A program made the translations under genes and the position numbers. A DNA stretch of 64,000 bases from Candidatus Micrarchaeota archaeon (GTDB lineage Archaea; Micrarchaeota; Micrarchaeia; Micrarchaeales; CABMGC01): the NCBI GenBank assembly GCA_021797995.1, contig JAJZYR010000001.1:79342-143341 (forward strand), written 5' to 3'. How positions within the stretch are numbered: the stretch's first letter is position 1; the number at the start of each line of letters is the position of its first letter. Positions 29,103-38,232 of the stretch are shown here, one piece after another. The notes under the pieces are model-generated. The model did not search any database. It was not told the DNA's origin and saw nothing but the letters and a program-made list of their open reading frames with translations.

Positions 29103-29333
29103 TTAACCCTCTATGACTACTCTATAATACGTGTAAGAGTGCCCGTTGTCCGACCTGTGTATCTTGATAACATGGCCGGGTTTCGCGCCGAGTTTCTTGC
29201 ATTGCGGATCGCTCTCAAGAATCTTCGGAAGATTATCTATTGTTATATGGCTCCCGTCGAGAAGCGTGTTGACCTCCTTAAGTTTAAGGATCTCGTGATC
29301 CGGAACAATCTCGTGGTCGCTTCTATATGCCAA
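29103..29333 (-). CDS. rpoH: DNA-directed RNA polymerase subunit H (RPB5 C-domain homolog)
   Basis: 76 aa, HEIVPDHEILK...LPKILESDP...GAKPGHVIKIHR. First gene of the rpo operon. Confidence 0.85.
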   Translation of the reverse strand: MAYRSDHEIVPDHEILKLKEVNTLLDGSHITIDNLPKILESDPQCKKLGAKPGHVIKIHRSDNGHSYTYYRVVIEG

Positions 29334-29623
29334 GAATCCACCTAAAACAAGAACTAACAGTGGCGCGCATTGCAGTAGGTATTTATATCAGAAGATTTAT
29401 AACCCTGCGCCTACGTTCCACCACGTCCACTACATCCCTTACAGAGAGGCTTTGTAGGAAAAATCTGATTAAGGGGTATATTGCCGCCACAATGCCTCGG
29501 TTCCTCAGTGCCAATAAGGCTACAAGAGAACCAATAAAATTGCAGAAATTGGAGTGAACTACAATGCCCTTGCACCCCAAACTGTTTTATATTCGCTCGG
29601 GCCATAACTACTTAAGTGACCTT

Positions 29624-30748
29624 ATGCCCGAGAGCTTCAATGTAACGGCTTACGATGTAAACGGCGAGGTAGATTATAGCAAGCTGATCGAGCGCTTCGG
29701 CATAAAACCAATAGACAAAGTTATGGAGGAAAGGATAAAGAAGGATGCAGGCGACCTTCACTATTTAATAAGGAGGGGCATCTTCTTTGCGCACAGAGAC
29801 CTTCCATGGCTGCTGGGCGAGTATGAGAAAGGGAACAAGTTCTACGTATACACTGGCATAGCGCCATCAGGGGGCATGACCATAGCGCATCTGCTTCCCT
29901 TCATCATGGCGCAATGGCTCCAGAAGAGATTCGATGTCGAGGTTCTTATACAAATTCCCGACGAGGAAAAGTTCCTTGCAAAGAAGGACCCCAACCTCAC
30001 GCTGGAGAAGATCCATGAGCTTGCGTATGCAGATGCGCTCAACATAATGGCGCTGGGTTTTGACCAGAAAAAGACCAGGATCTTCTTCGATACCGATTAT
30101 GCGAGCAGGACGTACAAACAAGCCGTAAGGGTGTCGAAATATATAACGTATTCTATAGTAAAGGATGCGTTTGGCTTCTCCAACGAGACTAACATAGGCA
30201 TGCTGTTCTACACAAGCATGCAGGCTGTTCCGGCATTCATCAAGTCTGTCGAGGCCGGAAAGAACGTGCCATGCCTCATACCCCTTGGCGTAGACCAGGA
30301 CGTGCACTTCAGGGTTGCAAGAAACGCGATTGAGAAGCTGGGATACTACAAACCCGCTATAATGCACAACAAGTTCGTACCAGGGCTCAAGGGCGGTGCA
30401 AAGATGTCCTCAAGTGATCCTGGCAACTCCATATACCTAGACGACAGCGAAGATGAGGTAAATAAGAAGGTCAACAGGGCGATTACAGGACAGCAGGCCA
30501 CTGCAGAGCTTCAGAAAAAGCTTGGCGGGGACCCTGAGAAATGCTCCGTATGCCAGTACTACAGGTTCCTGTTCGAGCCTGACGACGCAAAACTTGAGGA
30601 TATTTTCAATGCGGAGAGGAAGGGCACTCTTCTTGCAGGCGAACACAAGGCCGACCTTGCAAGGAGGATAAACAAATTCCTTGCGGACCACAGAAAGAGG
30701 AAGGAAGCGCTCAGGGACAAGCTTGGCAGTTTCATATTACAGGCATAA
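29624..30748 (+). CDS. trpS: tryptophanyl-tRNA synthetase (archaeal/eukaryotic type)
   Basis: GEVDYSKLIERFG, YTGIAPSG..IAHLLPF, QIPDEEKFL and KMSSSDP motifs. ATG 29624 lies about 30 nt after ttttatattc. Confidence 0.85.
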   Translation: MPESFNVTAYDVNGEVDYSKLIERFGIKPIDKVMEERIKKDAGDLHYLIRRGIFFAHRDLPWLLGEYEKGNKFYVYTGIAPSGGMTIAHLLPFIMAQWLQKRFDVEVLIQIPDEEKFLAKKDPNLTLEKIHELAYADALNIMALGFDQKKTRIFFDTDYASRTYKQAVRVSKYITYSIVKDAFGFSNETNIGMLFYTSMQAVPAFIKSVEAGKNVPCLIPLGVDQDVHFRVARNAIEKLGYYKPAIMHNKFVPGLKGGAKMSSSDPGNSIYLDDSEDEVNKKVNRAITGQQATAELQKKLGGDPEKCSVCQYYRFLFEPDDAKLEDIFNAERKGTLLAGEHKADLARRINKFLADHRKRKEALRDKLGSFILQA

Positions 30749-30767
30749 GTTCTTCTATACCGGGCTG

Positions 30768-31151
30768 TCAGAATATCTCTCCAACAACTGCAGTGACACC
30801 CCCTTTCAGGCTGTACGACTCAACGTTATGCCTGTCCTTCAGCAGCTTGGCCACTGCACGGGAGGTGTTGCCGTGGTAGCATACGAAGATGCAGTCGCTG
30901 AATTCAAGGGCCCTGAATCTGTCAGCGCCGAATATCTCCTGCGGCTCGGCCTTCTCGGCGATGCCAGCGTCGAGCTCCAGAAGCCGCGCAATGTAATCGG
31001 CAGGCTCTTTTCCTAGCCAGACAAACTTACGGCCCGATTCGAGCAGCTCCACAGCCTCCTGAAAGTCTATCTCCCTTATTCCGTTCTTTTCTTCCACGAT
31101 GTTCAATAGGCACGTTTCATATAAAAGCATTGCCGTCTGGTCGGCGGCCAT
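30768..31151 (-). CDS. rhodanese-domain protein
   Basis: 127 aa. CYHGNTS active-site loop followed by GGV. Confidence 0.6.
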   Translation of the reverse strand: MAADQTAMLLYETCLLNIVEEKNGIREIDFQEAVELLESGRKFVWLGKEPADYIARLLELDAGIAEKAEPQEIFGADRFRALEFSDCIFVCYHGNTSRAVAKLLKDRHNVESYSLKGGVTAVVGEIF

Positions 31152-31291
31152 GGATATGCCTCAAAATCCGCACAAGCGCCCTGGCAGGCAGATACGCCGT
31201 AAGCCCTGATGCGGTTTCCGCCTTGCGGCTGGCATGCATTCTGGGTTACAAATATAAGCATGCATTTCCAAGACTGATGTGGCAGGGCTTT

Positions 31292-32395
31292 ATGGAATAC
31301 GTCCTCAGGTGCACGGGCTGCAGTTTAACGGCAAGGGACTACGCCTCGTTCAGGTGCAAGAGGTGCGGTTCGGTTCTTGAGGTAAGCTATGATTACTCTA
31401 CCCTTGTGCTGCCTGCCGGCTTTAGAGGAGAAAGGATAGGGAGCAGGAAATATCTGCCGTTTCTGCCTGTTCGCTCGCTTTCTGCGAGCCTCGGAGAGGG
31501 CGGAACCGCGCTGGCGTGCAAACGCATCCCGAAGTACAAAGGAGTCAATCTGTTCTTTAAGACCGAGACCGAGAATCCTACGCGCTCATTCAAGGACAGG
31601 GGATCTGCAGTGGAGATCACAAGGGCGCTGGAGCTCGGGTTCGACAGGATCATATGCGCATCCACCGGAAATATGGGCATGTCGCTTGCACATTACGCCA
31701 AGCACGCCGGTATAAGGGCGACTGTCTTCATAAACAGAAGCGGCAATCCAGAGAAGATAAGGAGAATCCGCGGTTTTGGCGCAGAGATCAAGGCGGTAAA
31801 AGGGGACTTTAACGAGTCGCTCAGGGAGGCTGAGGCATACGCATCGTCATCAAGCGCGTTCCTCTGCGGAGATTACCATTACCGGAAGGAGGGGCAGAAG
31901 ACCGTTGCGTATGAAATTGCAGAGCAGCTGCGCTACGAAGTGCCTGACTTTATCTTCCTCCCGGTGGGAAACGCAACCCTGCTGTCAGCGTTGTACAAAG
32001 GGCTTAAGGAATACATGATGCTCTCGCTTATAGACAGGCTCCCAAGGATCGTTGCAGTCCAGTCATCGGGATGCGACCCGCTGGTAAAGGCATACAACAG
32101 GAAGGAGAAGATAGGTTACGTAAAGCCCTCGACGGTGGCAGACGCGATCGCAGTGGGATACCCCACTTTCGGAACAGAGGGGATAACCGCGCTGAGTGAG
32201 ACAAAGGGATACGCGGTGAGAGTCCCCGACGAGGGCATCATTAAGTCGATGAGGCATCTGGAATCGCTTGGCATATACACTGAGGCAGGTGGTGCCGCGG
32301 CATTCGCAGGATTCAGGAACATGTATGAGGGCAGCAAGCGGGTCTTTAATGGGAAGACCGTCGTAGTCTTAGTCACGGGAAACAACGAGAGGTAG
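31292..32395 (+). CDS. thrC: threonine synthase (with N-terminal zinc ribbon)
   Basis: ENPTRSFKDRG PLP-lysine motif. CTGC...CKRCG N-terminal ribbon. ATG 31292 lies about 35 nt after a TATA-like caaatataagc. The track ORF start overlaps the rhodanese gene. Confidence 0.85.
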   Translation: MEYVLRCTGCSLTARDYASFRCKRCGSVLEVSYDYSTLVLPAGFRGERIGSRKYLPFLPVRSLSASLGEGGTALACKRIPKYKGVNLFFKTETENPTRSFKDRGSAVEITRALELGFDRIICASTGNMGMSLAHYAKHAGIRATVFINRSGNPEKIRRIRGFGAEIKAVKGDFNESLREAEAYASSSSAFLCGDYHYRKEGQKTVAYEIAEQLRYEVPDFIFLPVGNATLLSALYKGLKEYMMLSLIDRLPRIVAVQSSGCDPLVKAYNRKEKIGYVKPSTVADAIAVGYPTFGTEGITALSETKGYAVRVPDEGIIKSMRHLESLGIYTEAGGAAAFAGFRNMYEGSKRVFNGKTVVVLVTGNNER

Positions 32396-32399
32396 TGCC

Positions 32400-33197
32400 A
32401 TGGTCCTCCTTTCGTCAACAAAGAGGATGGACCTGCATCCGCTCGAGCTGGTAATAAAAAGATGCCCGGTCTGCTTAAGGGACACAGAGCAGGACTCCTT
32501 TTACGTATCAAACCCTGACTTCGGCGTTGAGGCAATGACGCCTACAACGCCGCAGTTCAAGGTGGTCGTGGTGCCGAAGGAGGACCATAAGATGAATTGG
32601 TACATAGTTGCGAGGTGTAGGTCTTGCGGTTACCTTTACAAAGTCACCGGGATCCCGCAGTACAAGATAAAGCTGCTAAAGCCTTCGGAGGCAGCAGATG
32701 CCAAGATAGCGATCTTCTGCTGTGATATCTGCTACAACGAGGAGTACAGATACGAAACTGCTGAGATATTCATCAACCTAAGTGATGGAAAGAGCGTCTA
32801 CCTGTGCAATCCCCATGCGGCTGAAGTGGAGGGAAGGAAGGAGAAGAATGGGTCGTACTCGGAACTGGTAAACAGGTTCAATGTCTGGAAGGCCAATGGT
32901 GCGATGCCGAGGGCCGTGCAGCTTAAGGATGGAGAGGTAGTGGTGCTGAAGGGCGATAGAGGATACATGGAGCAGATACTCAGGGAGCTCTCTGGGGCGC
33001 AGTGGATGGAACTCGGAGATCTTATGAGAGGGATAGTGCGGCATGGCATTGCACATAGGACGCCGAAGCTCATAGAATCTCAGGTAGAAGGACTGAAGGG
33101 CCTCTTGCTCGTTGGAGAGGCAAGAAGCGGACGGATAATAAAAAGGAGAAGGCTCTTCCTCACCGGGAAGGGGAAGAAGGTTGCAGGTATGCTCTGA
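32400..33197 (+). CDS. hypothetical cysteine-cluster (zinc-ribbon-like) protein
   Basis: 265 aa with CPVC...CRSCG and CCDIC...C pairs and a basic C-terminus. No family recognised. Confidence 0.5.
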   Translation: MVLLSSTKRMDLHPLELVIKRCPVCLRDTEQDSFYVSNPDFGVEAMTPTTPQFKVVVVPKEDHKMNWYIVARCRSCGYLYKVTGIPQYKIKLLKPSEAADAKIAIFCCDICYNEEYRYETAEIFINLSDGKSVYLCNPHAAEVEGRKEKNGSYSELVNRFNVWKANGAMPRAVQLKDGEVVVLKGDRGYMEQILRELSGAQWMELGDLMRGIVRHGIAHRTPKLIESQVEGLKGLLLVGEARSGRIIKRRRLFLTGKGKKVAGML

Positions 33198-33207
33198 CCC
33201 TGGCCCC

Positions 33208-33609
33208 TTACCTTTCCCCGTCGCCGTAAATGTATCTTGGACCCCTCATCATCGATGCTATCGCGGCGATAAACGCGAGCACTGCGGCTATAATTAGAAC
33301 CTCCTGCATTCCAGAGATGAATGGCACTTCAAGCGCTGTGGGGAAAAAGACCGTTCCGGTGAGAAAGTCTCTGACCGATGGCTGGAGGGAGCCGAGCACG
33401 CTCTTCGGAACAAGTGCTGCTACAGGGTTGTACCCAAAGAAGGATGCGAAGATAGCCGCAGTGGGTGGCAATGAGGCGACCTGCTGCGCCACAGAGGCAG
33501 AGATGCTCTGGGCCACTAATGTCTTGTAGAGCGTGGGCCCGATGCTGCCTGCCGGCTTTGTATGTGAGGAAGCTGTATAAGCCCAGCGCCATAACCAGGC
33601 AGTAGGCAA
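33208..33609 (-). pseudogene. C-terminal fragment of a DHA2-type MFS transporter
   Basis: 133-aa ORF with a non-ATG start. Its tail FISGMQEVLIIAAVLAFIAAIASMMRG parallels the tail of the full-length MFS at 38233-39690 (FITGMRFSFVAMIVILVAAGIVSLARG). About 350 N-terminal aa are missing. Confidence 0.4.
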
Positions 33610-33618
33610 TCCGATAGA

Positions 33619-34425
33619 CTAAATCGCGTTTCGCAGTTCCCGCGAGATCCTGGCTTCGTCAATGCTGATCTTCTTCATCGTGCTGTCCTCTACAGCCGAG
33701 ATGCCCTTTTCAATGTCCCCGTATGCCTGTACAAGAAGGGCCAGCTCTGCCGCATTATCCCCAAGCCTGACCCCGAAGCTTCCGTTTCCTCCGCGTTTCA
33801 CCAGTGCCTTGTTTAAGCGTTCCAGTCTTCTTAGCCTCCTTCCGTAATCCGTTATCCTGCCGAAAGTCAGTCCTGATGCCTTTGAAAACCTCCCTCTCCA
33901 GTCAAGCACCTCGTCTATCGCAGTGCGTATCTCGTCCCTCTCCAGCGGCACAGCGACGCGCTTCCTGAACTCGGCAAAGTCCCTTTCCCTGAATTCCATG
34001 TACTTCCTGAGAAGCGACTCCGACATCTCCCTTGTGGCTTCCGCGCCAATCTTACTGCTGCCCCTGGAATAAGCGGCATCATACTCCTGCTTGAGTGAAC
34101 TGTCCTTGAGCGTTGAGTAAGCCTCGTTTATCATCTCCGATATCTCCTTGGCCCCCTTCTCCCTGCTTACGTCAGGATGGTACCTTTTCATCATTTCCAG
34201 GTAAGCTGCGCGTATGGTCTTCCTATCGTTTGTATAAGGTATCCCGAGAACTTCATAATAGCTCCTCGAAGCCGTATTCTTCAGGTCTATCTTGAACCTC
34301 TTCGCCTCAGCCCTGAATTTTGCATCCAGTTCCGAGCTCTCCTCAAGAAGCCTCTTTATCTTGGCGTCAAGGCGCGCCCCGCCAATCTCCCTGAGCCTCG
34401 CCGCCACTGTATCAAAGACGCCCAA
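33619..34425 (-). CDS. J-domain protein
   Basis: YYEVLGIPYTNDRKTIRAAYLEMMKRYHPDVS is a J-domain with the HPD tripeptide, located internally. The rest is helical and unassigned. Confidence 0.7.
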   Translation of the reverse strand: MGVFDTVAARLREIGGARLDAKIKRLLEESSELDAKFRAEAKRFKIDLKNTASRSYYEVLGIPYTNDRKTIRAAYLEMMKRYHPDVSREKGAKEISEMINEAYSTLKDSSLKQEYDAAYSRGSSKIGAEATREMSESLLRKYMEFRERDFAEFRKRVAVPLERDEIRTAIDEVLDWRGRFSKASGLTFGRITDYGRRLRRLERLNKALVKRGGNGSFGVRLGDNAAELALLVQAYGDIEKGISAVEDSTMKKISIDEARISRELRNAI

Positions 34426-35026
34426 AGACCTCTACCTCCTTATCTCCTTCCGAAAACATCTCGTCCCTTACCTTCCTGCCCCTGGAACCAGTGACTTCAA
34501 GCACCAGGACCCCTGTATTTACTGTCCTTAACTTAAACTGCTCCTCCAGGGGGGTATTAAAGTAGAGCGAAGCGAGCGCCTTCACCACTCCGCCATGCGT
34601 GACGAGCAGGACGGTTTTGCCCTTATACTCCCTGCATATCCTTCCTGCAAACCTGCCCGCCCTGTCGCTCATCTCGGCCAGGCTCTCCCCCTTTCCAGGC
34701 TTGAAGTCCAGTAGAGGAACCCCGCTAGCCCGTATTATCCCCGCGAAGCGCTCATGGCTCATCCCCTCGAACTCCCCGGCGTTCCTCTCCCTCAGCTCCT
34801 TTACGTAATAAACAGGCACTTTATGGAATCGCGCTATCTCCCTGGCTGTATCCGCCGCGCGCCTAAGGTCGCTTGAGAATATTATGTCTATTTCTTCGCG
34901 GCTCAGCTTTAGCGCCACCTTCTTCGCCTGTCTTCTCCCAATCTTGTTCAGCCTTACGTCAGACCCCTGCACCACGCCCCTTACGTTATGGTTGGTCTGA
35001 CCGTGCCTGACGATTATCAGCCTCAT
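34412..35026 (-). CDS. histidine phosphatase family protein (phosphoglycerate mutase-like)
   Basis: The RLIIVRHGQTNHN catalytic RHG motif sits at the N-terminus. A THGG motif lies downstream. Confidence 0.75.
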   Translation of the reverse strand: MRLIIVRHGQTNHNVRGVVQGSDVRLNKIGRRQAKKVALKLSREEIDIIFSSDLRRAADTAREIARFHKVPVYYVKELRERNAGEFEGMSHERFAGIIRASGVPLLDFKPGKGESLAEMSDRAGRFAGRICREYKGKTVLLVTHGGVVKALASLYFNTPLEEQFKLRTVNTGVLVLEVTGSRGRKVRDEMFSEGDKEVEVFGRL

Positions 35027-35046
35027 GCACGCATCTCGTTCCGGGT

Positions 35047-36423
35047 CTAAATTTGCAGTTTCTTCATCAGTTCCGAATAGGCAGCCCCGGCATACTCCTT
35101 CGGAATAGAATTTACGAATAGCATCGCCTTTCCAAGGCGTATATCCTTGCGCGCCTTCCTTCCCTTCCTTATCATATCCCTGAAAGCCTCCTCCGCGCTT
35201 CCGTATCTGTTTTTCTCCAGGGCGTATAGCTCGGTGCCTTTTATCAGCGCCCCGATCGCCCTGCTGTGCCCTTTAATGAAATTGCCAGCAGCCTGGCGCA
35301 TAAAGACGCTAGGGCCCTTGAGCAGCCGCGTCTCTATCCTGGTGCCAGGAAGCGCGAAGAGGAGAAATCCGTAATGCCCCGAGATCCACTGTGCTGAGAG
35401 GAAAACGCCATAGCCATGCCTAGAGAGCGTATCCGCCATTATTCCAGAAGTCTTCCTCAGCTGCGGCCAGACGACATCCTCGCTCTTGTCCGGAACCCTT
35501 AACTTTACCATATAAAGCGAGAGGCCCGAATCCTTGGTGAACTTTCTCAATAGCACCCCGGCTGCAGGAGAGGGAAATCCCTTTCCGAAGAACAGCTCTG
35601 CGCTCGGGTTATCAACGAATCTCCTTGCGACCATCACAAACCGGCTGAGAGACTCTGGAGAGACTCCTGCGCCGACATTCCTATTGCTGTCGACGGGATC
35701 TATGACTATAAACTTAGAATTGAATCTCTTTACAAGCTGCTGGTCACCCTGCCTGCCTCTTGTCTTGGGGTCAAGTATTACAGGCAGCTCAAACGTCGCC
35801 GCACTTTCCAGGAGCTTGATGAGGGATCCAAACTGGAGTATCAGGAGTTCGCATAGATACCCGGGAAATCCGCCAACCCTTACCTCTGCACCATAGATGT
35901 TATGCGCCTTCAGCAGATACTTCAGGAGCCTCGTCTCGTCCCTCTGCCTCTCGGTCATGTTGGAATTTATGAAATCAGTATGCAGAGGGGTCCTGTCTAC
36001 CGTCGTGCCCATTTCCTCAATGTTGTCTATCTTAAGTGCGGGGACAAGATCTATCCTGACTCCAAGCCCTTCAAGGTAAACGCGTATGTATGGGTGCTCC
36101 GCATATTTTATCTCGAACCTGTCGCGTTTTCCGCTTGCAAGCTTCTTCCCGTAGGCTAAGCCCTTCCTGACAAGCTCCTCCTTCCCGGTTTTCTTATGGA
36201 AGAGCATAAAGATGTCGATGTCCGCATCCCCCTTCAGGTTAGTCCCCCTGGCCACGGAACCAACGACCCTCAGTTCAACCCCCTTCTCGACAATTCCTGC
36301 CAGCCTCGATGTCACCGTATTTATATTGGCTATAGTGGCATTGGTTTCGGCCTGGCTGGGCTTTATGTCGGCAAGCACCCTGTGGAAGATCATTTCTGCC
36401 TTCCCTGCCTTTCGTGCTTCCAT
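35047..36423 (-). CDS. cca: CCA-adding enzyme (archaeal class I tRNA nucleotidyltransferase)
   Basis: GSVARGTNLKGDADIDIFMLF nucleotidyltransferase motif. Length and order are typical of archaeal Cca. An alternative start at MIFHRV is possible. Confidence 0.8.
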   Translation of the reverse strand: MEARKAGKAEMIFHRVLADIKPSQAETNATIANINTVTSRLAGIVEKGVELRVVGSVARGTNLKGDADIDIFMLFHKKTGKEELVRKGLAYGKKLASGKRDRFEIKYAEHPYIRVYLEGLGVRIDLVPALKIDNIEEMGTTVDRTPLHTDFINSNMTERQRDETRLLKYLLKAHNIYGAEVRVGGFPGYLCELLILQFGSLIKLLESAATFELPVILDPKTRGRQGDQQLVKRFNSKFIVIDPVDSNRNVGAGVSPESLSRFVMVARRFVDNPSAELFFGKGFPSPAAGVLLRKFTKDSGLSLYMVKLRVPDKSEDVVWPQLRKTSGIMADTLSRHGYGVFLSAQWISGHYGFLLFALPGTRIETRLLKGPSVFMRQAAGNFIKGHSRAIGALIKGTELYALEKNRYGSAEEAFRDMIRKGRKARKDIRLGKAMLFVNSIPKEYAGAAYSELMKKLQI

Positions 36424-36482
36424 ATGTGCTTCTTACACTGGAAAGCTTAAAACCTTTGCGAGGTAATCCACTTCCATGTAAC

Positions 36483-36584
36483 GGGCTCGTAGCGCAGCAG
36501 TAGCGCGCATCGTTCGCAAGAAGCCTCTAAAAAAGGCTTCATCGAAAGACGATGAGGTCGCGGGTGCGATTCCCGCCGAGTCCA
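36483..36584 (+). tRNA. tRNA-Ala (anticodon CGC) with 30-nt intron
   Basis: Acceptor GGGCTCG/CGAGTCC with G3:U70. D arm GCGC-AGCAGTA-GCGC. Anticodon stem CATCG/CGATG with loop TTCGCA|A. Intron 36519-36548 sits at position 37/38 and contains the hairpin GAAGCCT-N7-AGGCTTC. T arm GCGGG-TGCGATT-CCCGC has a non-canonical loop. Discriminator A. Confidence 0.8.
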
Positions 36585-36675
36585 CATTTTTACTGCGGTA
36601 TTTGTTCTCTAGTAATGAACAATAGTGTTCATTGGTAATGAAAACATTTAAATATCTTAGCCTCTAAATGAAATC

Positions 36676-37896
36676 ATGATACTGAAGGAAACACTTAGGC
36701 AGATAGTCAAAGCTCAGAGGAAAGACTTAGAATCGTTCAGCTACGGAGTAGAAAGGGAAGAATTAGGTGAGATAAAACTCAATATGCATTACGCATTGAT
36801 ACTATCAGGTATAAGACGATGTGGTAAGAGTACTCTACTTCACCAATTGCTTAAAAAACTTCCAAATTTCTATTATCTAAACTTTGAGGACACACGGCTA
36901 GACAGCTTTCAAGTTGAGGATTTCGAAAAGTTAGATGAAATCTTCAAGGAAGATTACAGTGAATCCGAATACTATCTTTTCGATGAAATACAGAATATTG
37001 ATAAATGGGAGCTTTTTGTAAGATCCAGACTTGACAAACAGAAGAAATTTATTATTACAGGCTCTAACGCTTCGCTTTTAAGTAAGGAGCTTGGTACTAG
37101 ACTCACAGGCAGGCACATCAACATGGAACTGTTTCCATTCTCCTTTATGGAGTCGCTTTCTATGACTAAGGTAAAGGCAAGCGCAACTTCATTCTCAGAA
37201 TACTTAAGAAGTGGAGGGTTTCCAGAATATCTGAGATATAAAAAACAAGAAATACTGCGCGAGTTATTAACAGACATAATACAAAGGGATATTGTAGTAA
37301 GGCACAAATTGCGCGATTCTAAAACAGTGAAGACACTTGCGTTATATCTGCTTAGTAACACGGGCAACGAGTTTTCGTATAATAACCTTAAGAAGATGTT
37401 CAATCTGGGGTCAGTGAATACCGTAATAGCATTTGTTTCTTATTTTGAGGACAGCTACCTTCTATTTACTGTGCCAAAGTTTGATTACTCGCTTAAGAAA
37501 CAGATAGTTAATGCAAAAAAAATATATTCTATAGATAATGGTCTTTCGACCTCAAATTCGGCTTCGTTCTCTTCAGATTTAGGAAGAATGTTAGAGAATT
37601 CTGTATTCTTGCATCTTCGTAGGAGATATAAAGAAATATTCTACTTCAAAGGAAAAAGAGAATGCGATTTCTTAGTAAAGGAGCAAAACAAGATAAAAAT
37701 GGCAATACAGGTCTCGTATGAGCTAAACGAAGGAAATAAACAGAGAGAATTTGACGGACTTCTTGAAGCTATAAAAGAGTTTGATTTGGTAGAAGGATTA
37801 ATACTTACATTTGACCAAGAAGACAAATTTGAGATTGAGGGAAAACACATAATAGCAAAACCGGTTTGGAAATGGATGCTAGAAAGCAATTTGTAA
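36676..37896 (+). CDS. AAA+ ATPase, COG1373 type (AAA_14 + DUF4143), paralog 1
   Basis: GIRRCGKST Walker A, YYLFDEIQNIDKWE Walker B, ITGSNASLLSKELGTRLTGRH, C-terminal ECDF...IQV. AT-rich. TATA catttaaata lies about 25 nt upstream. Confidence 0.85.
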   Translation: MILKETLRQIVKAQRKDLESFSYGVEREELGEIKLNMHYALILSGIRRCGKSTLLHQLLKKLPNFYYLNFEDTRLDSFQVEDFEKLDEIFKEDYSESEYYLFDEIQNIDKWELFVRSRLDKQKKFIITGSNASLLSKELGTRLTGRHINMELFPFSFMESLSMTKVKASATSFSEYLRSGGFPEYLRYKKQEILRELLTDIIQRDIVVRHKLRDSKTVKTLALYLLSNTGNEFSYNNLKKMFNLGSVNTVIAFVSYFEDSYLLFTVPKFDYSLKKQIVNAKKIYSIDNGLSTSNSASFSSDLGRMLENSVFLHLRRRYKEIFYFKGKRECDFLVKEQNKIKMAIQVSYELNEGNKQREFDGLLEAIKEFDLVEGLILTFDQEDKFEIEGKHIIAKPVWKWMLESNL

Positions 37897-37995
37897 TGTA
37901 TGAAAGTGAAAAAGGAGGAACGAGATTAAAATTGTTTTATCTATGAGTCTGTGTTCAAAAGAAATATCTCCAATTTGGATTTTACCTAGTACACA

Positions 37996-38113
37996 AACCT
38001 TTTTGGAAAGGTTAATCGAAAACACTGGGTGCGAATACAGCCAGATTTGCACCGTGTCTGTTTATATTTCTAAATGCGGTATAATCTGTGTGCGAAGACA
38101 CAGATGTTCGCAT
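37996..38113 (+). repeat. conserved non-coding module R, copy 1
   Basis: Hairpin aaccttt-ttgg-aaaggtt (37996-38013). Hairpin 38023-38056. TATA tttatatt (38061-38068). gtgtgcgaa...ttcgcat hairpin. Homologous to 42857-43010 and 45542-45695. Confidence 0.8.
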
Positions 38114-38170
38114 TTCTGAAAATAAAATCTACGGTGGCTATATGGAAACGAAAGCTAGACGAAAAAGCTA

Positions 38171-38226
38171 CGACCCGCGTCCGCTTTGCAAGCGGAAGGT
38201 CGCTGGTGCGATCCACGCGGAGTCGA
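38171..38226 (+). pseudogene. tRNA-Ala(UGC)-like 3' fragment
   Basis: Anticodon arm TCCGC-TTTGCAA-GCGGA. Then AGGTC, an imperfect T arm with a TGCGATC loop, and GGAGTCG-A. There is no matching 5' acceptor strand or D arm. Confidence 0.6.
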
Positions 38227-38232
38227 TTCAAG

